Virus record (IMG/VR): IMGVR_UViG_3300025372_000001
DNA: 64,000 nt
From: a virus
Lineage: Duplodnaviria > Caudoviricetes
Reading direction: 5' to 3' (one strand)
Both the position numbers and the translations under genes were made by a program. Position 1 is the first letter of the stretch. Each line of letters starts with the position of its first letter. Shown here in pieces: positions 51,241-62,951 of the stretch. The notes below the pieces were generated by a model. The model did no database searches and was not told the origin of the DNA. It worked only from the letters and a program-made list of their open reading frames with translations.

Positions 51241-52928
51241 TATGAATAAGGCAAATTTAGCAGAAGAACATAAAATTCATTCTCCTTGGAGTTGGATCGA
51301 GTGTATTTCTGCTTATAAATTTCCTAAAGATCAAGATGAATGGGAGAAATGTCCTTCTTGCGGTTTTCGTCCTAAAATCTGGGAATTTGATAATGGTAGA
51401 AGTACCGCTTGCGCTTGTCGTAAAGAAATAGCGAATATATACAATCATTGGAGCATTTATGCTGAATCGATTGCATCATATTATAAAAGAAATAAAACAT
51501 TGGAAGGTTATGATTCGGATGAATTAAAAAAGAATTGGAATCATTACTGCTTGACAGGTGAAGTTCGCTTTGAACGTCCTTTAGGCGGTAGAGTAGATAA
51601 AAGATGGTAAACCGTTTGACAAATCATTAACATAGTCTAATATAGAAACATGAACACTATTTTCCTTGTCATTCTCCAATATGATATTAGCTTCAATGAT
51701 GCAGATGAAGGAGATTGTTATGCCGGTGAAGGTCAGCGAGTCCTCAAAGCATTTTCAAATAAAAACATTGCTGATGAGTTGGCGCAAAAAATGAATCCAA
51801 TTATTTCATTGGCAGAACAAGAAACAACCATTTATCCTATTCAAAAGAATAATCGGAAATTGCTAAATGAATTAGGATTAATTCACCATAATATAGATAA
51901 TGGTTACAATTTTAAATTAGTCGTTGAAGAAATAGAAGTAACCGTTTGACAAAACATTAACATAGTCTAATATAGAAACATGAATCAACCTAAATTCATT
52001 CCCGTAAATCAACTTAAAAAAGGAACACTCTTCACTGTTCACGCTAAACCTGATGCCTATCAACAAGGTATTGTTGCACAAGGTCGAATCTTTCGCATTC
52101 GAGAAGTAGCCTTTCCTTTCATCTTTGCAGATCATTATGTCGGGCCTAATCGTTGGATTGATAGTCCTTGGATATTGAACCTTGAACAAGGTATCAATCT
52201 AATTGAACTAACTTCTGCTGCATTGTTTCAAGGTAAAATTAAACAAATTAAACGTAAACATAATAAGAAATAAAATATATGAGTGCCATTCTTTTACTCC
52301 TTGCTTTAATCTTTTATAGCAATGTCGGATTTTTTATTGCTGTATTTAACTTTATTCCAAACGGCCCTTCACAATTTTTTAAATTATCTATTGGACAAAA
52401 GATATTTACGGTGATAGTAGGTGGTCCAGCTATCATCTTCGTTCTTATCATATATGCAGTTGTATTTAAACTAGGTGATTACCTAACTGAAATCTTTAAC
52501 TCTCTCAAATAATAAAACAAAATATGAAACAACTACTCTATACTCCTATAGTCCAATTCTCAGGTGCTCTTACTACTGAGGATGTAGTAGATCAAATGGA
52601 AGCAGTCAATAATGAATTGATTCGTCGCGGCTATAGCGTTCCTTCTGTTTCTGCTGCGTCCAATCCCTCTTCTAATGCTCCGACACCTAAAGGCGAACAA
52701 GGCCCGCTAGAACGCAAATGGTGCGAATTAAAGAAGGTTCGCGGTGTTCGTCGCACAGAAGGACGAACAAATGAACAACAAGCCGAATACAATCTTCGTC
52801 ATTATCTCGGATATACTGATGAAAAAATTCAGAAAATCCTAGATGAATATGTTCCTGAACACCATAATGAACATCTTCCATCTATTATCGAAGATGATGA
52901 AGAGGTTCCTGAACATAAGCTAATGTAA
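51233..52928 (+). CDS. hypothetical proteins (51233 with CxxC, 51650, 51980, 52279 TM, 52524)
   Basis: ORF track. Confidence 0.62.
51611..51984 (+). repeat. 44-bp near-identical direct repeat (promoter + start codon) at 51611-51654 and 51941-51984
   Basis: ACCGTTTGACAAA[T/A]CATTAACATAGTCTAATATAGAAACATGAA, 1 mismatch. Confidence 0.92.
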
Positions 52929-53129
52929 TTTAAAAGATTTAGTTGATAAAAGTCCTTTACAAAGGGCAGATAGGTGGTAAGATTGATTCGTTAAAAGAAA
53001 CAATTCAACCAACTCTACTATGAAACTATCCTTCTTTGATTATCTATCTTTGCTGCTCTTTACAAGCATCGTTGTCTATGCAACAGGTAAAGAATTGGGC
53101 TTTTTTATCAATCTCTAATATTCTTAAAT

Positions 53130-53966
53130 ATGTCAACTCTACTTAAGATTATTCTACCTGTTGCAACGGTTGTTGGGACTTTTGCTATCTATCCAGTTTA
53201 TAAACAACACTGGATTAATGCTAATCCTAATAAACCTGTTTCAAAAAATCTTCTGCTAGATGCAGTTGAACAACTCAAATACAAAAGCGAGATTAAGATT
53301 TTCTCCTTGTTGACAGGAAAAGATGTAACTAAGAAGATGTGGAAAGAAACAAAGGTAAATTCTGATGAGTTTACTTTGCCGCCTGATCTTCCACCTATGT
53401 TGGATATTCCTAGTTATCCTGTTGCAAAGATTACTAAAATTCCCGATGTGGCTTCTCCTGTTAAAACAGTTGAACTTTCTCCTGAATATAAGGTAAATGT
53501 TCGTTCTGTTGTTAATGCAACAGTATTGGATAAGAAGTTAGAAGGTGTTCTTAGGGGGAAAGGACAAGTGATTATTCAAGCAGCACAAGAATATAACATT
53601 TGTCCTATTTTCTTGACAGCGATTCTGATGCATGAATCTGCTAATGGTAAATCTAATTTCGCAGAAGATAAGAATAATGTGGCGGGAATTATGACAGTTG
53701 CTAAAGTTAAACAAAAAGGTAAATGGATTAATAAATCTGTTGCAAAAGAGTTTGACAATGTGGAAGAATGTATTAGATTCACGGCGAAACTGTTAGGTAG
53801 TAAGACATATGCAGGAGGTAAACGAGATACTATCGGAGAGATTCAGCAAGTGTATTGTCCTGTTGGGGCAAAGAATGATCCAAAGAAACTTAATGGGCAT
53901 TGGCTCGGAGGAGTAATGGGATATATGGAAAAACTTTGGGGAAAAACTATTCACGTCCGTTCTTAA
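53130..53966 (+). CDS. endolysin, glucosaminidase (lysozyme-like) with N-terminal TM/SAR segment
   Basis: AAQEYNI.P.FL.AI.MHES.NG.S......NN.AGI; I...Y.P.GA.NDP..LN..W. Confidence 0.85.
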   Translation: MSTLLKIILPVATVVGTFAIYPVYKQHWINANPNKPVSKNLLLDAVEQLKYKSEIKIFSLLTGKDVTKKMWKETKVNSDEFTLPPDLPPMLDIPSYPVAKITKIPDVASPVKTVELSPEYKVNVRSVVNATVLDKKLEGVLRGKGQVIIQAAQEYNICPIFLTAILMHESANGKSNFAEDKNNVAGIMTVAKVKQKGKWINKSVAKEFDNVEECIRFTAKLLGSKTYAGGKRDTIGEIQQVYCPVGAKNDPKKLNGHWLGGVMGYMEKLWGKTIHVRS

Positions 53967-53995
53967 TAAATGCTAACTTAAAAAATAACAAAAAC

Positions 53996-55996
53996 ATGAA
54001 AATCGAAACAAAATATAATGTAGGTGATATTGTGCATCTGATGCACGATCAAGGGGTTCTAGCAAAAGCAACTACTGCAAAAATCTTGACAGTTCATTTC
54101 ACTCAAGACGATTCTAATTTCCAGAAGGGCAATATTACCTACAAATATGCTCTTAAACAGAAAGGTACTGCCTATTATGATGAAGCCAATACTTCCACTT
54201 GTAACGAGGTTTATCTTTTCCCCACCAAAGAAGAACTCCTTGCCAGTCTTTAATTAATAAAATTATGAATACAGAATTTTATCATGTTACATGGAATGGG
54301 TGGAATGGGGCGAATCCTTGTTACTATGTGGAAGGAACAAAGGAAAATGGTCGAATTTTAGCTACTCGTTTCCAAGTTACGTCCATTATTCGTAATGGTA
54401 AACGTGTTAAGGCGAAACTTGAACCGGTGTATCATGGAGGCGCATTCCCTCTTACTTGTAAGATTCGCAAACTGAAGAAAAATCCTTTTAAAGACTGATG
54501 ATATGGAAATTCGAGATTATTCCAGGTATCGAGATATTGTACAATGGGAATTGGAAACACTTGCAAAGGTTCCTTTCATTAAAATTGTTAAGAATGAACC
54601 TGTTCTTACAGTTGGATATGATGTATGGCTTAGTCTTGAACATATTGAAAAGACTGCTAATAGTATGCATTCCGAATTCAAAAATCTCTGGAAATGGGTG
54701 AAAAATGTTTCTCCTCATTTGACAGAATTTAAGACTGCATATCATACTTTGGTTAATCTCTTGTTTCTTTTGAAATATGATATTCAAGAGGAATTGAATA
54801 GATGGAAAACAGAATTAAAGAACAATAATCAAACTTATTTTTATAATTTGCCAAAGGTTTCTGCTAATTGGTACTCGACAAACAATTAAACCGTGATATA
54901 CTCTGTTATGAAACCAGATATTGAAGAAGTACTGAGTCAGTATAATCTTGCCAAGAAATTCCTAAATAAACGACTTAGGGGTGTTGATATGGAAGTATGT
55001 GATGTTGTCGTCACTTTTGAGAATTACCAAGTTAAGACTGAATTGTTTAATAAACAGAAGTTTTTGATTATTCTTCTGCTAGTTGGAGGCGAACAATATA
55101 TTTTTGATCCTGAGAATCCTCCGAAACTACAACAACCAGTTATTCGTGTAGAACAACAGCACACTCAATACATTTTTACTGCTAGGCTTAATGGGGATTA
55201 TTGGAATTTCGATGATGGAGATGATGTTTTAAGTGTCACTACTTATGCTATCAAAACGGCTTATGAATTTATGAAATCAATTTATTCTGATTCACATGCT
55301 CCTTCTCCTGAAATTCAATCCGTTATCATTAACTCCTTGATCTTTCCTTATTCTGTGTTAGAATCCATGTTCAACATTCAAAACGAAAACCAATAAAAAT
55401 GAAACAAACTATCCTCATTAGCACAATTTGAGCCATTCTCGTTCATCTTCTTTTCCTCTTTCCTCTATTTGGATTTGTTCTGCTTTATCTGGCAATGGGA
55501 TATTTTATGGATAAAGTTGACCTAAAATCCGGCACTAATGATACTACCACTGCATTTGTTTGCTTTGCTCTTCCCCCTGTTGCATTCGCTGCAAGTATCT
55601 TATCTGGTGAACAAGAACATATGAAAACAGTCCTTAAAGAATGGTTTCCTAATTTCAAATTCCCTAAATTCCGTAGTCCAATCCATTTTAATTAATAAAT
55701 TTATAACTCTTAAACAAACTATCATCGTTTCAGTTATCGTTCATTTCCTTCTACTTCATCTTTCGTCAATCCTGCTTATTGGATGGCTAGGAATGATTGC
55801 CTATGCACTATATCTAGTTTACCTAATTGAATGCAATTTCGATGATCATAAGATTGAGATTGTTATGCAAATTTTACTTGCCATAACATGTCCGCCCCTT
55901 TCGATTCTTCTTTGCTATATCTTTGATAAAAAACTTATTCCTGAAAATAATTGGATCGTTAAACAAGTCGATTCTTTGATCTTTTTCTGGAAGTAA
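53996..55996 (+). CDS. run of small hypothetical proteins, several with TM segments
   Basis: ORF track (53900 ORF likely starts at ATG near 53996; 54265, 54503, 54893, 55495, 55793). Confidence 0.55.
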
Positions 55997-56049
55997 TTTG
56001 ACAAACTGATAGTATAAGGTAAAGTAACAATCTCATTAGAAAATAAACA

Positions 56050-56790
56050 ATGAATACAAAAAACATCCTTCTTACCATGGCATTGCTTCTGGCATTGCCT
56101 TTCTCCAACATTCTCAATGCAAAAGGGAGTTCTAGCTTTAGCTCAAGTCGAAGCAGTTCGTCTAGTAGCGGATTTAGTAGCAGTCGAAGCTCTGGAAGTA
56201 GCGGATTTAGTTCTTCTCGTTCAAGTGGTTCATCCTCTTCTGCTGGATTCAGTAGCAGTCGAAGTTCAACCCCTTCTGCCCCCAAAAGCAGTGGATTCAG
56301 TAGCAGTTCGGGATCAAGTACAGGCAAAGGTTGGTTCGGGGGAAGCAGTTCAACCCCTAAGAATAGTTTTGATCATTCTTCTCAACGCTCTTCTCTAACT
56401 CCGTTTAAACCAAAGGAACAATATGTTTCAGAATTTAAAGCACAAAATGCGAATAAGTATCCAACTACCTTTAGTTCTCCTCCTGCTCAACGTCCTTCTT
56501 ACATTCCACAAACCACTGTAATCAATAATACACATTATCCAATTACATATAATCAATCGGCAGGCGGTTATGGTTTTGTTAATGCCCTTGGTGCATTCGT
56601 TCTCTATGATGCTATTAGTGATATGGCAGTCCATAATTATCAACGAGATGCTGCTGCTCATGTTCATGCTCAACAAGTAACTTACAATGATTATGATAAT
56701 GGTTGGTCACTTGGTTCCATTCTCCTTAGTATCTTTGTGATAGGATTTATCGGAATCGTTCTTGTGCTCTATTCAATCACTAATATATAA
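56050..56790 (+). CDS. Ser/Gly-rich exported membrane protein
   Basis: Signal peptide, repeated FSSSRS/GFSSS units, C-terminal TM. Confidence 0.8.
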   Translation: MNTKNILLTMALLLALPFSNILNAKGSSSFSSSRSSSSSSGFSSSRSSGSSGFSSSRSSGSSSSAGFSSSRSSTPSAPKSSGFSSSSGSSTGKGWFGGSSSTPKNSFDHSSQRSSLTPFKPKEQYVSEFKAQNANKYPTTFSSPPAQRPSYIPQTTVINNTHYPITYNQSAGGYGFVNALGAFVLYDAISDMAVHNYQRDAAAHVHAQQVTYNDYDNGWSLGSILLSIFVIGFIGIVLVLYSITNI

Positions 56791-56794
56791 AAAT

Positions 56795-57361
56795 ATGAAA
56801 ATGTTAGAACTATCTGATGCAATCAGCACATTCCAAAATGGAATGCAAACCTTTACTCCTACTATTGTTCGAGAAGGATTTATCAACAACACGGGAATCA
56901 AACTAGAATATCTTGATCCCTTGGGAGAAGCAGTATTTGTTACTTGCACAGTCGATGGCCTAAAGACCTTTATTCTAATGACTGCTGATAAGCGGTTACC
57001 TTTTGGTGACACAAGGCAAACCATTAAAGATAATGGATTGGAATTTCTTTATCAGAATTGTGATAGTGAATATACTGGTAAATGGGAATATTCATTTGAT
57101 CTAAATGATGATGAAAATTCTACAAAATATCAAATCAAGAATACTTTCTTTGAAGAATATAAAGAAAATCCTTTGAGGAATGGACTTAAGTTCAATGAGC
57201 TTCATGCTAAATTCATTCTATATTTTCCTGTTGAAGGAAAGACAGAGAATGTTGATGGATTAGCAATGTTGGAAGTTGGAAATGATCTATTTGACAATAG
57301 TGGACTTGTTCATTATTACAATTTTCGACTAATTTTGGAAACCGACGTTAGTTATCTTTAA
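56795..57361 (+). CDS. hypothetical protein
   Basis: ORF track 56762..57361; probable ATG a little downstream. Confidence 0.55.
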   Translation: MKMLELSDAISTFQNGMQTFTPTIVREGFINNTGIKLEYLDPLGEAVFVTCTVDGLKTFILMTADKRLPFGDTRQTIKDNGLEFLYQNCDSEYTGKWEYSFDLNDDENSTKYQIKNTFFEEYKENPLRNGLKFNELHAKFILYFPVEGKTENVDGLAMLEVGNDLFDNSGLVHYYNFRLILETDVSYL

Positions 57362-57427
57362 TCGGTTGACAAACTCTTAAACTGATGCTAAGATAATACT
57401 GTTAGATAAACCAAAAACAAAAATAAT

Positions 57428-58150
57428 ATGATCCTACTCACTACAACTATTGAATTCACAACGCTGTTGATCCTCCTTTTCCTTCTGGTGGATTTATTTA
57501 CAGGCTTTAAGATGATTAAATCCCTGTTTAATCGACTGCGATTGAAGGCAGATAATGCTGCCGAAGCTATTCGTGATCCTGAAGCAGATGCACATGCCGC
57601 TCTTGCTGATATTCGCCAGCAAAAAGCTCGTATGATTGAACTTCGTAAACAAATCCTTGTTTCAATAGGACTTGCAAAAAGTAAAGTCTCTAAAGCATTC
57701 GATGATGTTAATAAGTACGAACAACTTGCAATGCTTGCAGGAAAAGCTCAAAAAGCTGATGATGTTAAACTTGCTCTAATGAAGAAAGCAGCAGCAAATC
57801 AAAAACTTGCAGATGCAAATGAACAACTCAGTAAGCTTACTAAGCAAGAAGATAGTTTGGAAAATAAGATTGCAGAATTTGATGCCTTGATTGATAAGGC
57901 GGAAAGTGATAAGGAATATCTATCTTCTGATCTTAAGATTAATCAGTTTAATATACAAGTTAATGAAGTGTTGAAGAGTAACGGCAGTGCTCTTGGTGCA
58001 ATTGATAAACTTCGTGCTGATGTCGATAAGAGTCGTATTGAAGCAGAAGTATCTGGTGAACTCAGTGACGATTCTAAGAGTTTGGAAGCAAGGTATGCAC
58101 CTGCTAATGGTGTCACGGCGGAAGATGTCAGTAAGTATCTGACTGCATAA
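57428..58150 (+). CDS. pspA: PspA/IM30 family protein
   Basis: ..AEAIRDPE, long coiled coil, Y..LA..A....DD..LAL..K, acidic C-terminus LEARY; alternative start ATG 57512. Confidence 0.75.
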   Translation: MILLTTTIEFTTLLILLFLLVDLFTGFKMIKSLFNRLRLKADNAAEAIRDPEADAHAALADIRQQKARMIELRKQILVSIGLAKSKVSKAFDDVNKYEQLAMLAGKAQKADDVKLALMKKAAANQKLADANEQLSKLTKQEDSLENKIAEFDALIDKAESDKEYLSSDLKINQFNIQVNEVLKSNGSALGAIDKLRADVDKSRIEAEVSGELSDDSKSLEARYAPANGVTAEDVSKYLTA

Positions 58151-58173
58151 ATAAGAACAATAAATAATAAACC

Positions 58174-58207
58174 AAAAACCCGAAGGATTCATTTCTTTCG
58201 GGTTTTT
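58174..58207 (+). terminator. intrinsic terminator after pspA
   Basis: AAAAACCCGAAGGA-TTCAT-TTCTTTCGGGTTTTT. Confidence 0.8.
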
Positions 58208-58759
58208 GTGGTACTAACTAAAATTAAAATATATATGTTTATTCTATTTCATATTTTCCTTGCATTGATTGCTCTTGCCTTGTTTGTGGTCTATTGGGCG
58301 ATTGATAAGGAGCTTGATTTGACCGAGGATGAGCGAGCAGCAGGCTATATCCTGGCAGTAGTCTGTCCCTATCTGTTAATCCCGTTCATTTGTGCAGTTG
58401 ACCATGCTGCTATTTGGGCCGATATTAAATGGTTATGGAATCTTGTTGACACTGATATTACTTAAGTTATAATGATCTATGACAACACCGATCTTTCTAA
58501 TCATTCTTGGATTATTTTTAATCCATAGATTGTATCACATTTTCACCGATTAAGTCCTATGATTACTCTTTTGCTAGCTCTTTTGATTTTAAATTATGTA
58601 GCATTGTTATTGTCGTTTCTTGTGGCATCAGCATTCAATGAAAAGCTGATTACCACAAAAAAAGAATTTCTATTAGTGATTATACCATATGTGGTATTAA
58701 TCGGTGCAATCATAGGAGTTGGTATATCAATTAAAGATTATTATGAATCCCTCAAATAG
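58208..58759 (+). CDS. small membrane proteins (58208..58465, 58559..58759)
   Basis: Two TM segments each. Confidence 0.6.
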
Positions 58760-59024
58760 AAAATAATATGCTGAATCCTACTCAACAAGAAATATTTGAT
58801 TTTCTAAAACAAAATTTAGAAATCGGAATTGAAATTCTTCAATATCCCGGCTCTCCGCGTGTTAAAGTTGATTTATATTTGTGCGGTGAACAAATATCTT
58901 CCGACATCGACGAATTGTAACAAAAAATTATCAATTATAAAAACTAGAATATCTAGATAAAACTACTAAAAATTTAAGTAATAAAACTTAACTAATAAAA
59001 ATCGTTGAATACTGGCACCCCGCT

Positions 59025-59198
59025 ATGAAATATCTTCTAATTCTCTTTTCAATTTTCTGTTTGAGTTCATGTGTTGAACCTTATGGATACTATAACAGTT
59101 ATCCGACATATTATCCAATTTATCGCTATAATCGGACATATTATGGGGGTTATGGATATTCAACCATGCCGTATTTCGGTCATCATTTCCGGTATTAA
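59025..59198 (+). CDS. small Tyr-rich lipoprotein
   Basis: Manual translation MKYLLILFSIFCLSSC VEPYGYYNSYPTYY...FRY*; lipobox LSSC; not in ORF track. Confidence 0.6.
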   Translation: MKYLLILFSIFCLSSCVEPYGYYNSYPTYYPIYRYNRTYYGGYGYSTMPYFGHHFRY

Positions 59199-59227
59199 TC
59201 GGTTGACAAAGAATCATTTATCAGCTA

Positions 59228-61994
59228 ATGTTCGTTCTTATGAAAATCAAATCACTCCTTCCTCTCATTGTTGCTCTTGCAGTCTCTACTGTTGTTGTCT
59301 TTGCCGTCATTGATGCGGATAAAGAACAAGAACTACATAAAATTACAAATCCCGTTAAAGTGGAGATTCATCCTAAGTATGGCACCGTTCATGTTTATGG
59401 AGAGAATGACGAAGTTCCAATTTTTAAATAATTTTATTCCTTAAACGTTACGAGGAATAGAAGTGAGAAAAAGAAAAGCAATACATATTTGTGAAAGTTA
59501 GGTGATTTTCCTTGTGTATTGCTTTTTCTTTTAAAATAAAAACCTTTATGACCGTATTTCCCCTTGTTATCATCTTCATAATCATCTATCTCATTGCAGG
59601 TATTATTGCATATACACAACGTTAAAATATATGATTCCTGATCCTTTATCTTACTGTTTGTTAGTTCTCAAGAAGTTAAAAGATTGTTCTATTAAGGATT
59701 ATGCATGCATTTGGGTAAATTCTCGAATGGAATTTTGTCGAACATATTGTAAGGGATTTATATTTTCTAATCGGTTTGGTCTTGACTTTTTTGAAAAAGT
59801 TGCATATTGGCTGTCACAAGATGATTATCTATACTTTGATGAAATGAGCGAATATGATAAAAACTTTAATCGTTGGTTGAAGCAATGGCGTTTGACATAA
59901 CCCTTTTATAAGTTATAATCCTGTTGTCAGACGAAACAATACAAAATCTAACTCTACTAACACTATGTCAATCTTCAATAACACCACTGCTCGTCCTCTT
60001 CGCACTTGTAAACATTGGTCTTACCGTGCTCCTGATAAGCGCAATCCTGCCATGCATAGTTTTCTCTCTGTGAAGCCTATTGCAACGGTTAAACCACCTT
60101 CTAAAGGCATCTATCACTTCAATGGGGAAACGCTTCCTAACTTTGATGCAGTGAAGGATGCTGCTCGAAAACAGAACTTTGGTATCCTTCGCATGGGTGC
60201 CGTGAACATTAATCTTTAATCTTTAAAAATATGCGTATCATATCTAAGTGGAAGGACTACTATGATCATGAAGTAGCCTATTATGGTTATGACGAAACAC
60301 GAATTTATGATCGAAGGGCACTTCAGACTAGTAGATTTGTGTCCTTTTCAGGTTCTACCCATTTACATGAATTTATCATTTGTGGAAAAAAGTTTCCGAT
60401 GGTTACTAAAAATGGATTGTATTATACTGAACCTTCTGATAAACTGGATGGTTGGTCAAATATAAACTTGGAGCGATATAAGGGAGTTTCTTCTGATATA
60501 AATCAGAAATTGCAACAACCTGTGTTGTTAGCTGCTTATGGAGTATATACTATTCCAATTCTAAGTACATATGGATTTGCATCTATCATTGACAGTCGTA
60601 CAATGTATGGTATGATATATGACTATCTGGGATGGTTGAAAGATAATCCTCCTCCGCCAGATAACCAAACAAACAAAGGAAAAATCATTAGTCATGGATT
60701 TGATCTGAAAAGCTCATTCCGTCCTAAAATGAAGAAAGCAGCATAATATATGACCTTTGCACAAAAACGTTTAAATGTAATTATTGCTGAATTTATTGGT
60801 TGGAAATTTTGTCCTCCTTCTCAATACGAAGCACCCCATTCTTTAAATTATAAAATAGAGGCATCTTCTTGTTGGTCAAGACCAGGAAATGAAGTATGGC
60901 AACTAGAACAAATCCCTAATTATATTGATGGTGAAGAATCATTATATAATTGTCGAGAAATGGAAAAGGTGTTTGTAGATGATACGAATGCCCTTCAATT
61001 GAACTATTATGAGAATTGGTTAGCACATTTTTGTAATTTACAAAACGTTATTAAACAACGAAAACCTATACTGCATGCATTTAGTTGGCATGCTTCCGCA
61101 CTAGTTCGGGCTATATCATTCGCCTTAGCATTCGATCTTATTACTCAAGATGATATAAAAGAATTGTTGACAAACCCTTAAACTAAGAAATTCCAGAAGA
61201 AGAAGCAAGAGAAATGATTGAATCAGGTGATTGGGAATTTGTAGGAGAAAATACTTGTGGCAGTGTTTTCTATGATGGTAAAACCGGACAATTAATTGAA
61301 ATGGGAGGGGAAACGGCAACTCTTCATACTCCTGACTTGACAAACCCTTAAACTAAACGATACTACATTATGTTCAAAACAAAACTCACTCTTGATATTG
61401 AAATTGAAACCCAATTTGGTCCCGAAGATGCGGTTAATATGATTCGATATATGACAAATAATGTCAATGTTCCTGCTATTCGTTCTGTTACTCTTCATAA
61501 TCTACAAACCGATTATTCCCCATTGACAGAACAAGATGCGAATCGTAAGGTTATGTCAGGCTATCCAATTACTTTGAAATAAAAAATATGAAACTTGCTC
61601 CCGTATCCTCCGTGTTTAATACAGGTAAAACCTCTCCTAAAGGAGTTCCTATTTGGCAAGCAACTATCCGAAAAGATGGTAAAGATAGCACTTGCACAGG
61701 TGCTAAATCCGAAGTAGAATCTTGGGTAAACAAAAGTCTGAAATAAACAACTAAAATATGATTACTCTTTATTTCCTTGCAGTTTCTCTTGTCAGTCTTT
61801 TAGGTATGTATCTGTTGTATCTTCCTTACAAAATGAAGGTGGAATGGAAATGGCTAGAAAATCTTGATTCAGTTGGTTTGTTTATCGTTGTAGTAGTCTG
61901 GTTCACTCTTCAAGCGGCATTGCTCAGTGTTGCAGTGTATTCATTGGTTGCTGCATTGATTTCCCCTCTCATTTATCTAATCCCTAGCTTTTAA
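59228..61994 (+). CDS. run of hypothetical proteins (59228, 59631, 59965, 60231, 60750, 61370, 61758 starts)
   Basis: ORF track; promoters at 59892 (TTGACA-16-TATAAT) and 61337. Confidence 0.6.
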
Positions 61995-62033
61995 TAGTTG
62001 ACAAAGTAAATTAAATATAGTAAAATGAAAAAT

Positions 62034-62120
62034 GGCGATGTGCTGAAACTGGTAAACAGGAAAGTTTTAAAAACTTTTGCAAGAAATTGCTTGTCGATTC
62101 GATTTCGACCATCGCCACCA
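62034..62120 (+). tRNA. tRNA-Leu(TAA)
   Basis: GGCGATG/CATCGCC acceptor, D-loop TGGTAAA, AAAGT-TTTAAAA-ACTTT, long variable arm, GTCGA-TTCGATT-TCGAC, ACCA; promoter TTGACA at 61998. Confidence 0.88.
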
Positions 62121-62133
62121 TTTAAAAAAAAAT

Positions 62134-62538
62134 ATGAATAACTCCTCAATTAAAACCCTCTTTAAAGATTCACTCTATTTGGTGATTCCTGCCACCTTAA
62201 TCAGTCTTACTCTCTTTGTTTCGCCTCTTTGGGGCAATGTGCTGCTGGCATGGCTAATGTTTGGAACATTGCTAACCATCGTAGCATTTGGGCTTATCCT
62301 TTTTTGTGAAACTATACAATCCTTTCTTCCTGAATTAAAGGAAATCTTGAAAGAAGAACATGTTGAATATAACAATGCATTGTTGAAACTCCAAACATTT
62401 ACATTTAAAAATGTAATTTCTATTGGTTTCATTATCTTATATGCATATTATGGTTGGTGGATTTGTTTCGCTCTTGCCTCTTTCAATTTCCTTATTCCTA
62501 AAGTATTTGCAACATTCGCAGAAAAGAAAGAAGAATAA
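62134..62538 (+). CDS. multi-pass membrane protein
   Basis: ATG 62134 after the tRNA; four hydrophobic segments. Confidence 0.65.
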   Translation: MNNSSIKTLFKDSLYLVIPATLISLTLFVSPLWGNVLLAWLMFGTLLTIVAFGLILFCETIQSFLPELKEILKEEHVEYNNALLKLQTFTFKNVISIGFIILYAYYGWWICFALASFNFLIPKVFATFAEKKEE

Positions 62539-62540
62539 TT

Positions 62541-62951
62541 ATGGAAATACCAAGAATACTTTTAGTAGATGATGATTTCAATTCAAAGAATTATGTGGAA
62601 TCATTAGAAGAACATGGATTTTTTGTTGAACATGCTACAACCCCAGACATTGCATTGCAGTTGTCGACTAACAATGGGCGATATACATTAGTTATTATGG
62701 AATGTATTATGTTGCCAGGGGAAACATTAGCTAACGAATCAGTAGATGATGGAATGGAAACGGGTATAGTTTTATTTGATAAAATAAAAGAAATTGCTCC
62801 TATGACTCCTTGTTGGTTTTTGACTAATGCACGTTCTGTTGATCTTATTATGAAAATGGTGGATTTAGTTGGAATAGAAAGAGTTTATCGCAAATATAGT
62901 ACTCTTCCACGAAGAATCATTCGAGAAATTCAAGAGACTTTTTCCAGATAA
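62541..62951 (+). CDS. single-domain response regulator receiver-like protein, atypical
   Basis: ILLVDDD, VE.ATT...AL, LVIMECIMLPG, G..L...I, FLTN, K; phospho-acceptor Asp absent. Confidence 0.8.
   Translation: MEIPRILLVDDDFNSKNYVESLEEHGFFVEHATTPDIALQLSTNNGRYTLVIMECIMLPGETLANESVDDGMETGIVLFDKIKEIAPMTPCWFLTNARSVDLIMKMVDLVGIERVYRKYSTLPRRIIREIQETFSR

Noticed and set aside
56110-56350. Tandem DNA repeat or ncRNA in the Ser-rich gene
   Set aside because: AGTAGCAGTCGAAG-type repeats stay in frame and vary at synonymous positions, so they reflect the Ser/Arg protein repeat.
62077-62133. N-terminal extension of ORF 62077..62538
   Set aside because: It overlaps tRNA-Leu; ATG 62134 is the more plausible start.
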